From a virus (lineage: Duplodnaviria > Caudoviricetes): a DNA stretch of 59,162 nucleotides. Location: the IMG/VR virus record IMGVR_UViG_3300016474_000119, positions 1 to 59,162 of that record; one strand, given 5' to 3'. Position numbers and translations under genes: made by a program. Below the pieces are notes generated by a model, which did no database searches, was not told where the DNA came from, and saw nothing but the letters and a program-made list of their open reading frames with translations. Within the stretch, counting starts at the first letter, position 1. The number at the start of each line of letters is the position of its first letter. Shown piece after piece: positions 8,798 to 18,845 of this stretch.

Positions 8798-10320
8798 CCG
8801 AGCACCGTCTTATCTCCGGACGAAATGTGTCCTATGATTTGACCCATCTGGTAATCCCCGCCGATGACGTTGGATTCGAATTTTACCCGCAATTCCCTAC
8901 GTTGTTCCTTCAGCATGACGATTTGTTCATGCGGAGTTTGTGGGTCTTCCGGGAACGTGAACTGAGTCCCATACACTTCCGGCGCACGAGCGTTCGCACG
9001 ACCGGCAACTTGAACCGTCATGTCACCCGACTGTACGAAGTCCGGTTCGATAATCGTAATCCGAATAGCTTCGTTTTTACCACGAACCAGAGCTGACAAG
9101 TCAGCAGTCTCAAAGTAAGATTGAATAGGAGCCATGTTGCTACCGTCAATCTCATCGACACCTTGCTCATGAATCCAAACACGGTATCCGCTGTCGATGG
9201 GAACACAATCCGTCAGCAGAGGTGCAGCGAATCCGTTATTAAACCCGCCAGCAGCGCGACCGGAAAGCGGTAGAGCCGTATCGTACCAAGTGTTTTCACG
9301 CACATTGTAGATCACGGCATGTGTGCATTCGGTGGCGTCATCTTTGGGGTAGCACCACCAGATTTCACCATAGCGAGTGACTTTGAATGCGAAAACCTTG
9401 CTTCGCTGGCTGGCGTTCAGGTTGTCAAAAAAGTAGTTGAGGTTCAGCTGGTTCGGCACTTCTCGCACCACGCCGTTGAACATCAAGAACCTGTCCACAC
9501 CCGCCCAGAAGAATACGCCGTCGTAATCTATTACGGAGTCAGCCGACATAATCGAGGTTTCTGTGGCGATGACGTCGTACTGGAATGCGGTGGTTCCACC
9601 CGTAAACGTGGCACGAATAACAGCATCGTATGCCCAGAAAATACCAGCAGGGGCGCTACCCGCACCAGCTCGCAGCGGCATACCTTTAATAATCTTCTGA
9701 CCCCAAGGACGAGCGATATTAGAACCCGCGCCTGTCATGTCTGTCGGGGTTCCAGCTACAGAGTGTCCGATAATACCGTCAGTTCCATAGTAGAACAGGT
9801 ACGGGTAAAGGACAACGACGCCACCCGTAGCGTTACCACCTGCGGGGAGCGTAATCGGAGTCAGCGCTGCCGTTCCGAGAAGGTCGCCGATAAAAATCTG
9901 ACCGCCGACGTCGTTACAAATACAGCTACCGTTCGGAGCCACGTGCGCGATGATCGCATTCGAAGAACCCGAAGGGTCGTACATGTACTGGAACATCCAG
10001 CGGTTATCATTAGAAACCGTTAGAGAAGCCGGGGTTCTGTCGCTAATAATCGAGCTGTTTTTACTAGAATCGATTGTGAATCGCTTCAAAGCACTCGCAC
10101 CGCCGGAATGGCAATATTGGAGACCCTGCTGAGTGAAGGACGTGAATCCGCGAGAAATCTCAGACAAATACTTGCTGATTGAACGATATCCACCGATCTT
10201 ACGCGGAAGACCACGCTGGAAGCGAACCCATTGACCGTCGATATAATATTCGCCGTCAAATATGGTGCCATCCCGTTTAATACCGGGCTGGGAGCGGAGG
10301 ACGATAGTTGTCGGATCCAT
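8794..10320 (-). CDS. Tail nozzle / head-stabilisation protein (P22 gp10 / T7 gp12-like)
   Basis: 508-aa beta-rich protein with WVRF...PRKIGG and EIWWCYP...YN..ENTW motifs; position before the ejection genes. Confidence 0.65.
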   Translation of the reverse strand: MDPTTIVLRSQPGIKRDGTIFDGEYYIDGQWVRFQRGLPRKIGGYRSISKYLSEISRGFTSFTQQGLQYCHSGGASALKRFTIDSSKNSSIISDRTPASLTVSNDNRWMFQYMYDPSGSSNAIIAHVAPNGSCICNDVGGQIFIGDLLGTAALTPITLPAGGNATGGVVVLYPYLFYYGTDGIIGHSVAGTPTDMTGAGSNIARPWGQKIIKGMPLRAGAGSAPAGIFWAYDAVIRATFTGGTTAFQYDVIATETSIMSADSVIDYDGVFFWAGVDRFLMFNGVVREVPNQLNLNYFFDNLNASQRSKVFAFKVTRYGEIWWCYPKDDATECTHAVIYNVRENTWYDTALPLSGRAAGGFNNGFAAPLLTDCVPIDSGYRVWIHEQGVDEIDGSNMAPIQSYFETADLSALVRGKNEAIRITIIEPDFVQSGDMTVQVAGRANARAPEVYGTQFTFPEDPQTPHEQIVMLKEQRRELRVKFESNVIGGDYQMGQIIGHISSGDKTVLG

Positions 10321-11516
10321 TAGAATACGCCACCTTGAACCACACCAGCGGGTGCTCTGCCAAGAGTGGCATACGCGGAAGCCTGGTCAGCGGCTGTGAA
10401 TAACGCATCCCCGACCGAAGTTGCACCCAGGTTGATTCGAGCAGCCGATGCCGTCGTGGCTCCGGTACCACCCTGGGATACCGGCACGACAGAGATAGCC
10501 GTTGCGGTTTCCGCAGCGACGACATTTGAACCGTCACAGTACAAGATTGCTCGCTGACCAGACCCGACAGTGAACCCGGTTCCTGATAGAGTTTTAACTG
10601 TCAGGGTGTAGCTGCCGGTCGTAGCGTTGTTGACCCAGTACTGTTGAACCGTAGCGGGAACGATAATATTTCGATTACCCGTCAGCGTACCGATGAGCTT
10701 GTAAGCGATTCGGTTGAGTTCGCTGCCGGACAATACGTAGTTTCCAGTGCCGGAAACGTCAATAACCGTGTAATCGAAAGCGAATATCGCCTGCTGTCCG
10801 AAACCGATAGTGTAATAATTCACACCGTCAGTTGCGACGATTGCAGAGTCACCCGGCTGGAAGCTGAGCGTCGTGAGTCCGTTAATAGTCGGGGTGCCGG
10901 AAGGGTCGACGACTAGAGCACCGCTACCGGCATTTCGGACGTAGCAGAACCAGTTATTTCCGACCGCCGGAGCTGCGGGCAGGGTCAGAGTTCCACCCGC
11001 ACCACTCCAAACGAACATTTTAGCGCGATCGTTAGTTCCGGCAGTATAGTTACTATTGAGAGTAACGATCGGTACAGATTGAGAAAGCAATGTTCCGACG
11101 GCAACAATACCGGTTCCCGCCAGAGCCGAAGCGTTAGCCTGGGAAATCGAAGCACCGTACTGCAAAGTCTGCCAAGTGCCGGATTCCGTAGCATTGTTGG
11201 TCAAGTAGACCTGCCAAAGCTGTCCCGCAGCGACGGTCACAACCTGAACACCGGTAGCACTCTTAATAGTTACAGAGTTAGAACCTACGTTGTTAAAGAG
11301 AATGGTCTCTCCGGTGGCAGCTTTACTAGCGTTCGGAAGATAAATGTTAAGTCCAGCCGTAGCCGTGACGTCAATGATCTTAGTAGCAAGATTCGCTACA
11401 GCTGAGGTCTCTTCTGGCCACGAAAGATACGTGTCCGTGGTTATAGAGAGTGCGCTGTAACTGACTTCCGACGGGTAAATGTTTGCGCCGCCGAAGACAT
11501 CTGTATAAATGGTCAT
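10320..11516 (-). CDS. Tail structural protein
   Basis: Thr/Gly/Ala-rich; GGTGATTASAARINLG fibre motif. Confidence 0.6.
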   Translation of the reverse strand: MTIYTDVFGGANIYPSEVSYSALSITTDTYLSWPEETSAVANLATKIIDVTATAGLNIYLPNASKAATGETILFNNVGSNSVTIKSATGVQVVTVAAGQLWQVYLTNNATESGTWQTLQYGASISQANASALAGTGIVAVGTLLSQSVPIVTLNSNYTAGTNDRAKMFVWSGAGGTLTLPAAPAVGNNWFCYVRNAGSGALVVDPSGTPTINGLTTLSFQPGDSAIVATDGVNYYTIGFGQQAIFAFDYTVIDVSGTGNYVLSGSELNRIAYKLIGTLTGNRNIIVPATVQQYWVNNATTGSYTLTVKTLSGTGFTVGSGQRAILYCDGSNVVAAETATAISVVPVSQGGTGATTASAARINLGATSVGDALFTAADQASAYATLGRAPAGVVQGGVF

Positions 11517-12142
11517 GCTTCACTCCTCTTTGCAGACCGGTCAAGGATTCTAGAAAGATCTTGTCCGTTGAGGGACTGCGCAGTTCTGTCGTACATCGTC
11601 TGCCAGGTTCCGATGCGCTCGTCATTCTTCAAGAACGGAGCAGCTTCTAGCAGCGAAGCGTACAGCAAGGCTTCCGGAGCGTATTCCGTAAGCCAGTTGG
11701 TTTGGAAGTCGTCGCCGAGGAATCTCGGCTGTTCGTAGTACAGAATTTCCAGTTCGCTGGCAGCTACCGGAGTAGGCGCGAACAGCCAGTGCTGGTAATC
11801 GTAATCAGCGTAAAATTCCGGGGTTCCGGTCTGGGCTTCGTCTGGCCAGTAGTTGCGAATGTATTCGTAGGAGCGAGCGAAAATGGGAATACCGTCTACT
11901 GTCATAGAAACGGTATCTCTCCAGCGGTCAGGCTTAATATACACAGCTTGCCCGGCCACCAGCGGGGTAACGACCGCACGAATAAAACCTTGAATTTTCA
12001 GTTCGCGAGCAATTCTACGCTCGGCCAGCGTGACGAGGCGAGGCAACTGTTCGTAAACAATAGGATCGCTTTCGGCAGTGAACCCTCGCTCAAGATATCG
12101 GCGAAGATCTTCCAGCAGACTAGCGTACGTCATGGTGTACAA
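11513..12142 (-). CDS. Head-tail adaptor protein
   Basis: LAERRIAREL, P.FY, FAPTP and LLYASLLEA..FLK motifs; TTG start 7 nt after GGAG. Confidence 0.6.
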   Translation of the reverse strand: MYTMTYASLLEDLRRYLERGFTAESDPIVYEQLPRLVTLAERRIARELKIQGFIRAVVTPLVAGQAVYIKPDRWRDTVSMTVDGIPIFARSYEYIRNYWPDEAQTGTPEFYADYDYQHWLFAPTPVAASELEILYYEQPRFLGDDFQTNWLTEYAPEALLYASLLEAAPFLKNDERIGTWQTMYDRTAQSLNGQDLSRILDRSAKRSEA

Positions 12143-12190
12143 TGTAATACTCCTTAAGTATTAGCAGCTGGTACAGCATGCGCCTGAAAA

Positions 12191-12220
12191 ATTATAGCCT
12201 TGAAACAGCATGTAAGGCAA
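12191..12220 (-). promoter_or_regulatory. sigma70-like late promoter
   Basis: TTGCCT-N18-TATAAT on the minus strand in the gap upstream of the adaptor gene. Confidence 0.6.
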
Positions 12221-12224
12221 ATTA

Positions 12225-12692
12225 TCACTTAGAACCTTTCCGCACAGCTTCATACTGCTTTACGCACTGATCTAGTGCGGTTTGGAGCCTGGCTGCGTCG
12301 GCAGCGTACCCTGCAAGAAACTCTCCATCTCCCCTTGCCAGTTCCGCGCCGGTTGCTCCAGAGCAAGATCTGGTGGTATCGGGCAGGGAACCTGTAGCGG
12401 GGGTGCGCTCTTTACGGTTGCGCAAGCTGTTAGAAAGAGCGGCAGCACGAGCGTTAATGTTACGGATTTCAGCATCTTTATCTCTCCTCAGCTTGTCGGC
12501 TGCTTCCTGGAGTTCCTGTTCTCGCTGGCGAGCAGCCGCCTGACCCTTAGCGTACTCAGCGTATTGGTCAGCTTTCTCTTTGTCCCACGCCTGCTGAATA
12601 ACGGCTTTGCCGTGGGTATCACCCTGTTTATAACCGATGCCGAAAGACCCGGAAACGGCGAGTAGAAAGCCAATAATCAGCCACGGGTTCAT
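12225..12692 (-). CDS. Rz: Inner-membrane spanin
   Basis: N-terminal TM helix plus coiled coil; downstream of the endolysin; contains an embedded lipoprotein ORF. Confidence 0.8.
   Translation of the reverse strand: MNPWLIIGFLLAVSGSFGIGYKQGDTHGKAVIQQAWDKEKADQYAEYAKGQAAARQREQELQEAADKLRRDKDAEIRNINARAAALSNSLRNRKERTPATGSLPDTTRSCSGATGAELARGDGEFLAGYAADAARLQTALDQCVKQYEAVRKGSK
12272..12475 (-). CDS. Rz1: Outer-membrane lipoprotein spanin embedded in Rz
   Basis: Alternate frame inside Rz; signal peptide with lipobox LTAC; Pro-rich mature part. Confidence 0.75.
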   Translation of the reverse strand: MLKSVTLTLVLPLFLTACATVKSAPPLQVPCPIPPDLALEQPARNWQGEMESFLQGTLPTQPGSKPH

Positions 12693-12844
12693 TTCGTAGG
12701 AACCTTTGTGCCTTCAAGTTTTTTGTGAACCTTGATAACCTTGCAGACTTCTTTACCTTTCTCGTCGTGACAAACCTTCTTCATCTCACCACCTGCTAAT
12801 GCGAGAGCAGGAACGAGGGTCAACATGGCAATGATAATCTTCAT
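12689..12844 (-). CDS. Small secreted protein (51 aa, not in the ORF track)
   Basis: MKIIIAMLTLVPALALA-GGEMKKVCHDEKGKEVCKVIKVHKKLEGTKVPTK; ALA signal peptidase site; coupled to both neighbours. Confidence 0.65.
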   Translation of the reverse strand: MKIIIAMLTLVPALALAGGEMKKVCHDEKGKEVCKVIKVHKKLEGTKVPTK

Positions 12845-13287
12845 TATTCAATCTCCGGATGAGGTGGTTGTTGGGGTGCAGGTTTACCGCCAAATCCTGC
12901 AAAAGCTGGTGCGACCGTGGATACCGGCTCCAGCGTCGGCTCAGAACGAACCGTCGTAACCGTAGTCGTCACCACGGGTGCCGGTTTAGGTGGCTCAGGC
13001 GGGACGTAAGCCTGCGTTAGCGACGGAGGTAGCGGAGTCGGCTTCTCATGGTTCAGACCTTGCCAGATCTGGTTTAGAACCGTGGGCAGGAAGATTGCGA
13101 GAGGGGTTAAGATGGCGAACAATGCCTTGTCGTTAGGAGCTTGTCCTGACATCGGCTGCGTGACGAACATGATTCCGTACAGAACCACACCGACCACACC
13201 CATGAACGAGAGGGTTAGGGACATAATCAAGAGCAATTTAATCAGCTCGTGTATTATGTCTTTTATGTCTTGGGCTGTCCACTTCAT
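12844..13287 (-). CDS. Two-TM membrane protein, holin/antiholin candidate
   Basis: Two hydrophobic helices and a Pro-rich tail; inside the lysis cassette. Confidence 0.55.
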   Translation of the reverse strand: MKWTAQDIKDIIHELIKLLLIMSLTLSFMGVVGVVLYGIMFVTQPMSGQAPNDKALFAILTPLAIFLPTVLNQIWQGLNHEKPTPLPPSLTQAYVPPEPPKPAPVVTTTVTTVRSEPTLEPVSTVAPAFAGFGGKPAPQQPPHPEIE

Positions 13288-13451
13288 TGATTCACCTTTG
13301 CTGGTGGGACTACGTCGCTCGGGCAGGTTGCCGTTGCAGTGCAGATTGGAGGCTTGCAGTCATCCTTTTCCCAGTTACGCGGATCTTGACACGGATAACG
13401 GAAACGGTCTTCGCAGCCGTTAAGCGCCAAGCACATGCAGAGCATGCTCAT
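13284..13451 (-). CDS. Small Cys-rich lipoprotein
   Basis: Lipobox LNGC followed by EDRFRYPCQDP...CKPPICTATATCP; start position uncertain. Confidence 0.6.
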   Translation of the reverse strand: MSMLCMCLALNGCEDRFRYPCQDPRNWEKDDCKPPICTATATCPSDVVPPAKVNQ

Positions 13452-14031
13452 AATGCTTTTTACGGTCTTCCAAGCCAATTGTGCCTCCATTTATACGCTT
13501 AGTCATGTTGAGTATATCTCCAGCGTCTGCGAATTTGTTCAGATTGTTAGTCTCCCAGAACCAACAGGCTGACTGCGCCGCACCCTCAAAAGTCTGTAAG
13601 TACTCCGGAACATCCTCAACCTTCATCTCTAGGGAGTCGGCAAATGCCTGATAGTTTGACTTTCCGGTAAGCTGGATAAGACCTCTGCCACAGTAACGGA
13701 AACCATCACCGCTAGACTCGTCACCGTTACCCATACGATTAGCATAAATGCGATTTGCGATTTTTTCAGGCTTCTTTTCGTATTGGGTAGCGAGTTCATC
13801 AGTGGGAAAATACTTAGGAAAGATGCGCCGGAGTCCGGACGCTTTGTAGTTTAGGTTTTCTTTTAGGAATACGAAATCGCCAGATTCGTGCGCACATTGC
13901 GCCAGGAAAGCTGCGATTCGTTTCGGAGTATTGATGTCGTAATCTGGCAACAGCTGCTCAAGAGCATGATGCCAATGTTCTACGTACTTGTTCTTAGGTA
14001 GAATCTGCCGCAGTTGCGCTAAAGTTATCAT
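13420..14031 (-). CDS. Endolysin, glycoside hydrolase family 19
   Basis: FLAQCAHES, ENLNY, GRGLIQLTG and TKRINGG motifs. Confidence 0.92.
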   Translation of the reverse strand: MITLAQLRQILPKNKYVEHWHHALEQLLPDYDINTPKRIAAFLAQCAHESGDFVFLKENLNYKASGLRRIFPKYFPTDELATQYEKKPEKIANRIYANRMGNGDESSGDGFRYCGRGLIQLTGKSNYQAFADSLEMKVEDVPEYLQTFEGAAQSACWFWETNNLNKFADAGDILNMTKRINGGTIGLEDRKKHYEHALHVLGA

Positions 14032-14327
14032 TGTTCGTACATTCTTTCTGTTAGAATTTGACGACGCAATTCTTTCATTTTTCTAACTTCAACAGCTGCA
14101 GCATCTCGCACATTCACCATGTCAATATACATGAATCCGAGAACCGGCATAACTATGAAGAAAGTCAAGCAGACGGCTAGGAAAGCGATCAATAGAGCCC
14201 ATGGTATAGGCTCGCGCTCTTCTTTGCTAGAATCATCACCCCTACCGCCCACAGTAGGATAAAGATCACTGCTCCAGCCCACATTGCCTGAGCCTTTCGT
14301 TCCTCCCGAACCCTTCTTAGTCGCCAT
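14028..14327 (-). CDS. Single-TM membrane protein
   Basis: Long hydrophobic helix plus coiled coil; stop coupled to the endolysin start. Confidence 0.55.
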   Translation of the reverse strand: MATKKGSGGTKGSGNVGWSSDLYPTVGGRGDDSSKEEREPIPWALLIAFLAVCLTFFIVMPVLGFMYIDMVNVRDAAAVEVRKMKELRRQILTERMYEQ

Positions 14328-14872
14328 TGCTCAGCCTGTACTTTTCGGTGTTCTTCATGTTGCGCCACTTCTTGTTCGGCAACAATCTGGTCCCACATCG
14401 CTTCGAATTTACCCCACAACGCGCCGAGTTCCGGGGGAGCCTGATAGACCATCATCTCCCGCAACTCAGCTAACATGGAATCTAATCTAGCCCGAATAAG
14501 CACTCTTTTCAGTGCTCGGCGACCAATCGACTCTTCACCTTTGTAGACGAATTTCGCTTCTGCTTCTTCCTTTATAAACAGCTTGCCTATAGCGTCGTAC
14601 GCGTCCATCAATGCGCCGAGCTGGTTACCGATTTCAGTGAATACGTCATTCGGGTCAGCCTTAGCTATTTCTTGTACCCGCTGCACTTCAGCGTTGTACT
14701 GCAGCTTCTGTTCAGTGCTAGGGTTCGTTAACTTGCTGAATTGTAACTTCAAATCAGCTAGTACATCCTTAACATCACCCGCCGCACCTTTAATCTCTTT
14801 GTAAAGCTGGCATCCCTTCTTTACAGCGGCGACAGCAGCATTAGCAGCAGCAAGTAAGGTAAGAGGATCCAC
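14189..14872 (-). CDS. Helical protein with C-terminal TM anchor
   Basis: 227 aa; MDPLTLLAAANAAVAAVKKG start and a C-terminal hydrophobic helix. Confidence 0.65.
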   Translation of the reverse strand: MDPLTLLAAANAAVAAVKKGCQLYKEIKGAAGDVKDVLADLKLQFSKLTNPSTEQKLQYNAEVQRVQEIAKADPNDVFTEIGNQLGALMDAYDAIGKLFIKEEAEAKFVYKGEESIGRRALKRVLIRARLDSMLAELREMMVYQAPPELGALWGKFEAMWDQIVAEQEVAQHEEHRKVQAEQWRLRRVREERKAQAMWAGAVIFILLWAVGVMILAKKSASLYHGLY

Positions 14873-14873
14873 A

Positions 14874-15107
14874 TTATTTGTCTACCTTCCCGTCTAGTTT
14901 GTCTTCTATGCGGTCTAGTTTGCGGAATATAGCGTCGGTCAAAGCTCGCAGGTCGTCTTTATGCACTCGCTCAGAAGCGATATTCTCGCGCAATTTAGAA
15001 AGATCTTCTCGCAGGTCGTTGACGGCATCCCACAGTGTCCTAGCGAGCCATCCCAAAATTCCTGTCAACGAAGCCAGAATCAGGTTGAAAGTGGTCTGGA
15101 AATCCAT
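14874..15107 (-). CDS. Small N-terminal TM / coiled-coil protein (holin-like)
   Basis: MDFQTTFNLILASLTGILGW...KLDRIEDKLDGKVDK. Confidence 0.6.
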   Translation of the reverse strand: MDFQTTFNLILASLTGILGWLARTLWDAVNDLREDLSKLRENIASERVHKDDLRALTDAIFRKLDRIEDKLDGKVDK

Positions 15108-15109
15108 TA

Positions 15110-15535
15110 TTATGCCTCTGGCCAAACGAACTGAAGAGCCGCCAAAGCGTCCACGTTAGCCGCAGAATTAATTGCCGCCTCTGCTGCATTGCTTGCGGCG
15201 CGAACGGCTGCGCGGTAAGACAACGTTGCTTCATCGGCAGCCGTTCCGGTCTCCTGTGCCCGGATAATTTTCCAATCAGTCTGAGCAAGAATAGACCCGG
15301 CGATCTGCTTAACTTCAGCGATTCTGACGGATTTGCATTGGTCAAGATCTTTAGGGTTATTAACACCCCAGTAATACCGATCGTCATACGTAGGAGCATC
15401 CGGCACTTCGGTAATGCCGATAGCTGCTTTTTCGTCAGCACTAGCAAAGCGAAGCCAATTAGCGGGATATTGAGTGCCGTCCTGCGTTTTGAACGGGACA
15501 TCAACCGGAAGCTGTTTGTTTTCTAACATGAACAT
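15110..15535 (-). CDS. Tail fibre assembly/chaperone-like protein
   Basis: Follows the fibre gene; LAQTDW...YRAAVR...WP motifs. Confidence 0.6.
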   Translation of the reverse strand: MFMLENKQLPVDVPFKTQDGTQYPANWLRFASADEKAAIGITEVPDAPTYDDRYYWGVNNPKDLDQCKSVRIAEVKQIAGSILAQTDWKIIRAQETGTAADEATLSYRAAVRAASNAAEAAINSAANVDALAALQFVWPEA

Positions 15536-15538
15536 GAT

Positions 15539-18121
15539 TTACCTCGCGAGTGCATTCTTGAAAGGGTTTTCTGCGAAAGCGGCATAAACATATGTGCCGC
15601 CTGACGCATTAAGTGCCGCAGCCGTCAGCCTGATTTTGAATCCGTTAGACAAAATGTCAAAGTCAGTAGAGGTGGCGACCTCTGCTCCAGAAGTGTTAGG
15701 ATAAAGTTCTTCCATAACCACATTATACGGGCTTCGTGCTGTGTCTACAGAAATCCAGTTATAAGTGGCAGCGTCTGAGCGTTTAACCAAAATAAAACGA
15801 GGCCTAAATCCACAATATATAAAAGGCCCATCAGCCGAGCCGTTGCCTGTATAGCTGCCAAAAGACGAATATCCAGCAACACCGGAAAACAAATACGCAA
15901 TATACGTTGTTCCGTTTTGGTTGACGTTAGTGTTGACGGTCGCGCCGCAGGTGGGGAATGTGGTGGAAGTCAGCCCCGCAGCAGGCAGCAGCGATGTGGA
16001 TGCCGCCGCAGCGTCAGTTGCGTTAAGGAACAAATAGCGCAAATACGCCGGTGAGCCTCCATTGTTTCCGAGATCTTTATGGTGTACAACCCAGCTTGTG
16101 GTGCCGGCAGAACGCGCCTTAATAATGAAAAATTGCGGCTGTACGCCCAGATTGTGGTTGACTGTTCTGTTTATGTTGCCGTCGCCTGTATAGCCCGCAA
16201 CATCAAATCCGGCAGAAGCACTTTCTTTCCACTGCCAGCCGACATAAGTTCCCGCGCTCGCATTTACTCCCGCAGAAGTGCTAATCGAAAACCCGTTGGA
16301 GTTGAACGCGGTAAGTTCATCCGTATTCGTGGTTTCTGCGCCCGTCGTGTTGGAATACAACTGTTTGTTGACACCGCGAACTGAATCGTTCAAGCGGTTA
16401 TCTCTGATCGCGCTACGTTGTTTGATCCAAACGAGATCAGGCTGCATGTTGCCGCTATTTACAATACTTTGTGATGTTCCATTACCTGTCCAAAGTGTGG
16501 CGTCCATGTACTGGTTGCCTTTGACAATAGTGGATGCGGATAGGTTCTGCGTGTTTAGCGCCTTGAAGCCGGTCGGCGGCGTGTAGCTGAACGGACGCTG
16601 GCCGAAGTTAGCGTTAAGGTTGGCGGTTGCACTGGAAGACATATCGCTGACTGCCGGGAACATTTCTCCAGACAATCCTGTCCACGCAACACCCGCGCTC
16701 ACTCCGTTCTTATAGAACGTCAGCGTTCCGGCATCCATGTCCAAGGCAACGCCAATCACGTCGTTGTTAGTGAATGTCGTTCCGTACGCCGTGAAAGTGC
16801 CGTTATTGTAGATGTTGCCGTTCGAACCCTGCCAACCCCAACCGTTAGCGTTTTGTCCAAGGTATTGGTTGAGTGATGCGCTATTCTTTGCGATACCCAG
16901 CCCGTTAGCAGCCGTAGCAGCCGCCATGGTGACTTCCCAGTACCATTTTCCGGAACTGACACCAAAGGAAGCGCGATTCACCGAATAGTTCGTCGTGCTT
17001 GAAGTTGTGAAGTTCAGGTTACCGTTAGCCAGCGCAGATGTTTGACCTAGATCGAGCGGATTCAACACCGAATAATTGCCGCGCCCGGTGCCGCCGTCAT
17101 CGTAATTAGTCGGCACGTCGATCATGCTGTCGTAAGTCGCGCCGGCAGTCAGGCTCACGTTTGTCGAGGAGAAGTTGTTGCCGCTAAACGTATAACTTAC
17201 TGAGACATTTGAGCTACTGGCGTTCTGAGACAACGTAACCGTCAGTGCTGCCGCTGCGGTGACGTAGGTGTTTGACGGGATGCCGGGACCAGTGACAAGA
17301 TTGCCAACTTCGATTCCGGTCAGACTGACTACGGTCATGGAGTTGGAACCGCCGGTCGTAGTGCCGACAACGGTCACACCGGCGTCCCCAGAAAAGTCAC
17401 GCCCCAAGCCCGGCGGGGTCGTAGCAGAGTTATCCGAGAACGGCAGGTAAAAGCCGTTCAGACCATACGTACCGGTGTAGCGTTTTGGCGACCAAACACC
17501 TGTAGTCGAGTCAATCTGCCCGAAGCTGGACGGGGTGAGTGCTTGACCGTCGATGAAGTTTAGTTCGGTAATGTAACCATCACCGTAGTTCTGGTTGACG
17601 TTGTTGGTGTTCGTCCTGCCGATCTGCATATTGGTCAGGAAGTCGCCAGACGGTGCTGTGTTTTGCGCCGGATAAGTTGCCGTGCCGAGGGATGTAACTT
17701 GCACGCCGTTAACATAGAGCTTGATGCGCTCAGTCGATGTCGCGTTTGCCGTATCAAACACCGCAACAACGTGATACCAGGCCGAAAAATCTCGGTACAC
17801 TGCGGTAGACACAATGTTTGTAAGATCGACGGCCGAAGAGTTACGCGTGCGGAAAGCTAAGTTATCGCCTTGAAAACCGATGAAGTCAAAAGCGTTAGAC
17901 CCTGTGTTCGAACCCAACAGCGGAAAGTATGAAGCTGTAGACAGACCACGCTTCATCCAACCGGACACAGTGAATTTCAGCGGATCGGTGCCGGTCGTAG
18001 CTGCTGCACGTTGGAGAAACGCACTAGCCGACGCTCTCAGGCGCAGCGACCGGCTGATACGATATTGGCTAGATGCGCCGCCCCCAATCAAGAGCGGATT
18101 GATTTCGACAGGTAGCGTCAT
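15539..18121 (-). CDS. Tail fibre / receptor-binding protein with LamG-like and SPRY domains
   Basis: WYHVVAVFDT...LYVNG (LamG-like), SSGKWYWEV...DVIGVALDMDAG (SPRY), PDLVWIK domain. Confidence 0.75.
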   Translation of the reverse strand: MTLPVEINPLLIGGGASSQYRISRSLRLRASASAFLQRAAATTGTDPLKFTVSGWMKRGLSTASYFPLLGSNTGSNAFDFIGFQGDNLAFRTRNSSAVDLTNIVSTAVYRDFSAWYHVVAVFDTANATSTERIKLYVNGVQVTSLGTATYPAQNTAPSGDFLTNMQIGRTNTNNVNQNYGDGYITELNFIDGQALTPSSFGQIDSTTGVWSPKRYTGTYGLNGFYLPFSDNSATTPPGLGRDFSGDAGVTVVGTTTGGSNSMTVVSLTGIEVGNLVTGPGIPSNTYVTAAAALTVTLSQNASSSNVSVSYTFSGNNFSSTNVSLTAGATYDSMIDVPTNYDDGGTGRGNYSVLNPLDLGQTSALANGNLNFTTSSTTNYSVNRASFGVSSGKWYWEVTMAAATAANGLGIAKNSASLNQYLGQNANGWGWQGSNGNIYNNGTFTAYGTTFTNNDVIGVALDMDAGTLTFYKNGVSAGVAWTGLSGEMFPAVSDMSSSATANLNANFGQRPFSYTPPTGFKALNTQNLSASTIVKGNQYMDATLWTGNGTSQSIVNSGNMQPDLVWIKQRSAIRDNRLNDSVRGVNKQLYSNTTGAETTNTDELTAFNSNGFSISTSAGVNASAGTYVGWQWKESASAGFDVAGYTGDGNINRTVNHNLGVQPQFFIIKARSAGTTSWVVHHKDLGNNGGSPAYLRYLFLNATDAAAASTSLLPAAGLTSTTFPTCGATVNTNVNQNGTTYIAYLFSGVAGYSSFGSYTGNGSADGPFIYCGFRPRFILVKRSDAATYNWISVDTARSPYNVVMEELYPNTSGAEVATSTDFDILSNGFKIRLTAAALNASGGTYVYAAFAENPFKNALAR

Positions 18122-18124
18122 GGC

Positions 18125-18841
18125 TTAGGAGATGTTGTTAATCAGGACTGCGCCAATACTAGTACCGCTACGGACAGTGAACACCAGCATATCTACCGCA
18201 TTCGCAGCAGTGCTGAGGGTTGGAACAGTACCATTAGGGAAGTCCCAAGAACTTCCGTAAGCCAGCGTTCTACCGCCCGTAGCATCCTGAGAAATGAAGA
18301 TGACACCGCTTTGTCCAGCAACGAGGTTCGTCGGGTTAGCCAGGGTTCGATTACCTGCAAGAGTCACGCTGAAGTTGTTTCCGACACTGAAGTCCGGCGT
18401 AATAGTCGCACCGTCGGTCAATGTGTCAATTTCCATCGACGCATAACCGGTGGCGGTCATGTTGACCACCGTAGCCGTCCCGGTCAATACCGGAGACGTG
18501 AGCGATTTATTGGTCAGCGTCTGGGTGTCAGTGGTTCCAACAATTGCTCCGGTTGGCAGTGTCTTTGCACTATCCTTAATCAGCTTACCCGTGGTACCGT
18601 TGAAAAGAGCAACCGCGCTGTCTGTAGCTGATGCGGGACCAACCACATCACCCGATGCACCTGCTTTAGACGCGAGCAGCTGAACCGTGCCGCCAGTATC
18701 TTTGTAGAACAGTTTGCCGTCAGCAGCATTGACCGCAAGCTCCACACCATTAGCAGAGGTGGTTAGATTGCTCGGGGAAGGGGTCGCACTTGCGGTCGAA
18801 GAACCGTAAGTCAGAATAGGGGTGAAACCGGTCTGCGCCAT
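18125..18841 (-). CDS. Tail fibre-associated structural protein
   Basis: ELAVNAADGKLFYKD, TQTLTNKSL and ISQDATGGRTL motifs. Confidence 0.6.
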   Translation of the reverse strand: MAQTGFTPILTYGSSTASATPSPSNLTTSANGVELAVNAADGKLFYKDTGGTVQLLASKAGASGDVVGPASATDSAVALFNGTTGKLIKDSAKTLPTGAIVGTTDTQTLTNKSLTSPVLTGTATVVNMTATGYASMEIDTLTDGATITPDFSVGNNFSVTLAGNRTLANPTNLVAGQSGVIFISQDATGGRTLAYGSSWDFPNGTVPTLSTAANAVDMLVFTVRSGTSIGAVLINNIS

Positions 18842-18845
18842 GTTA

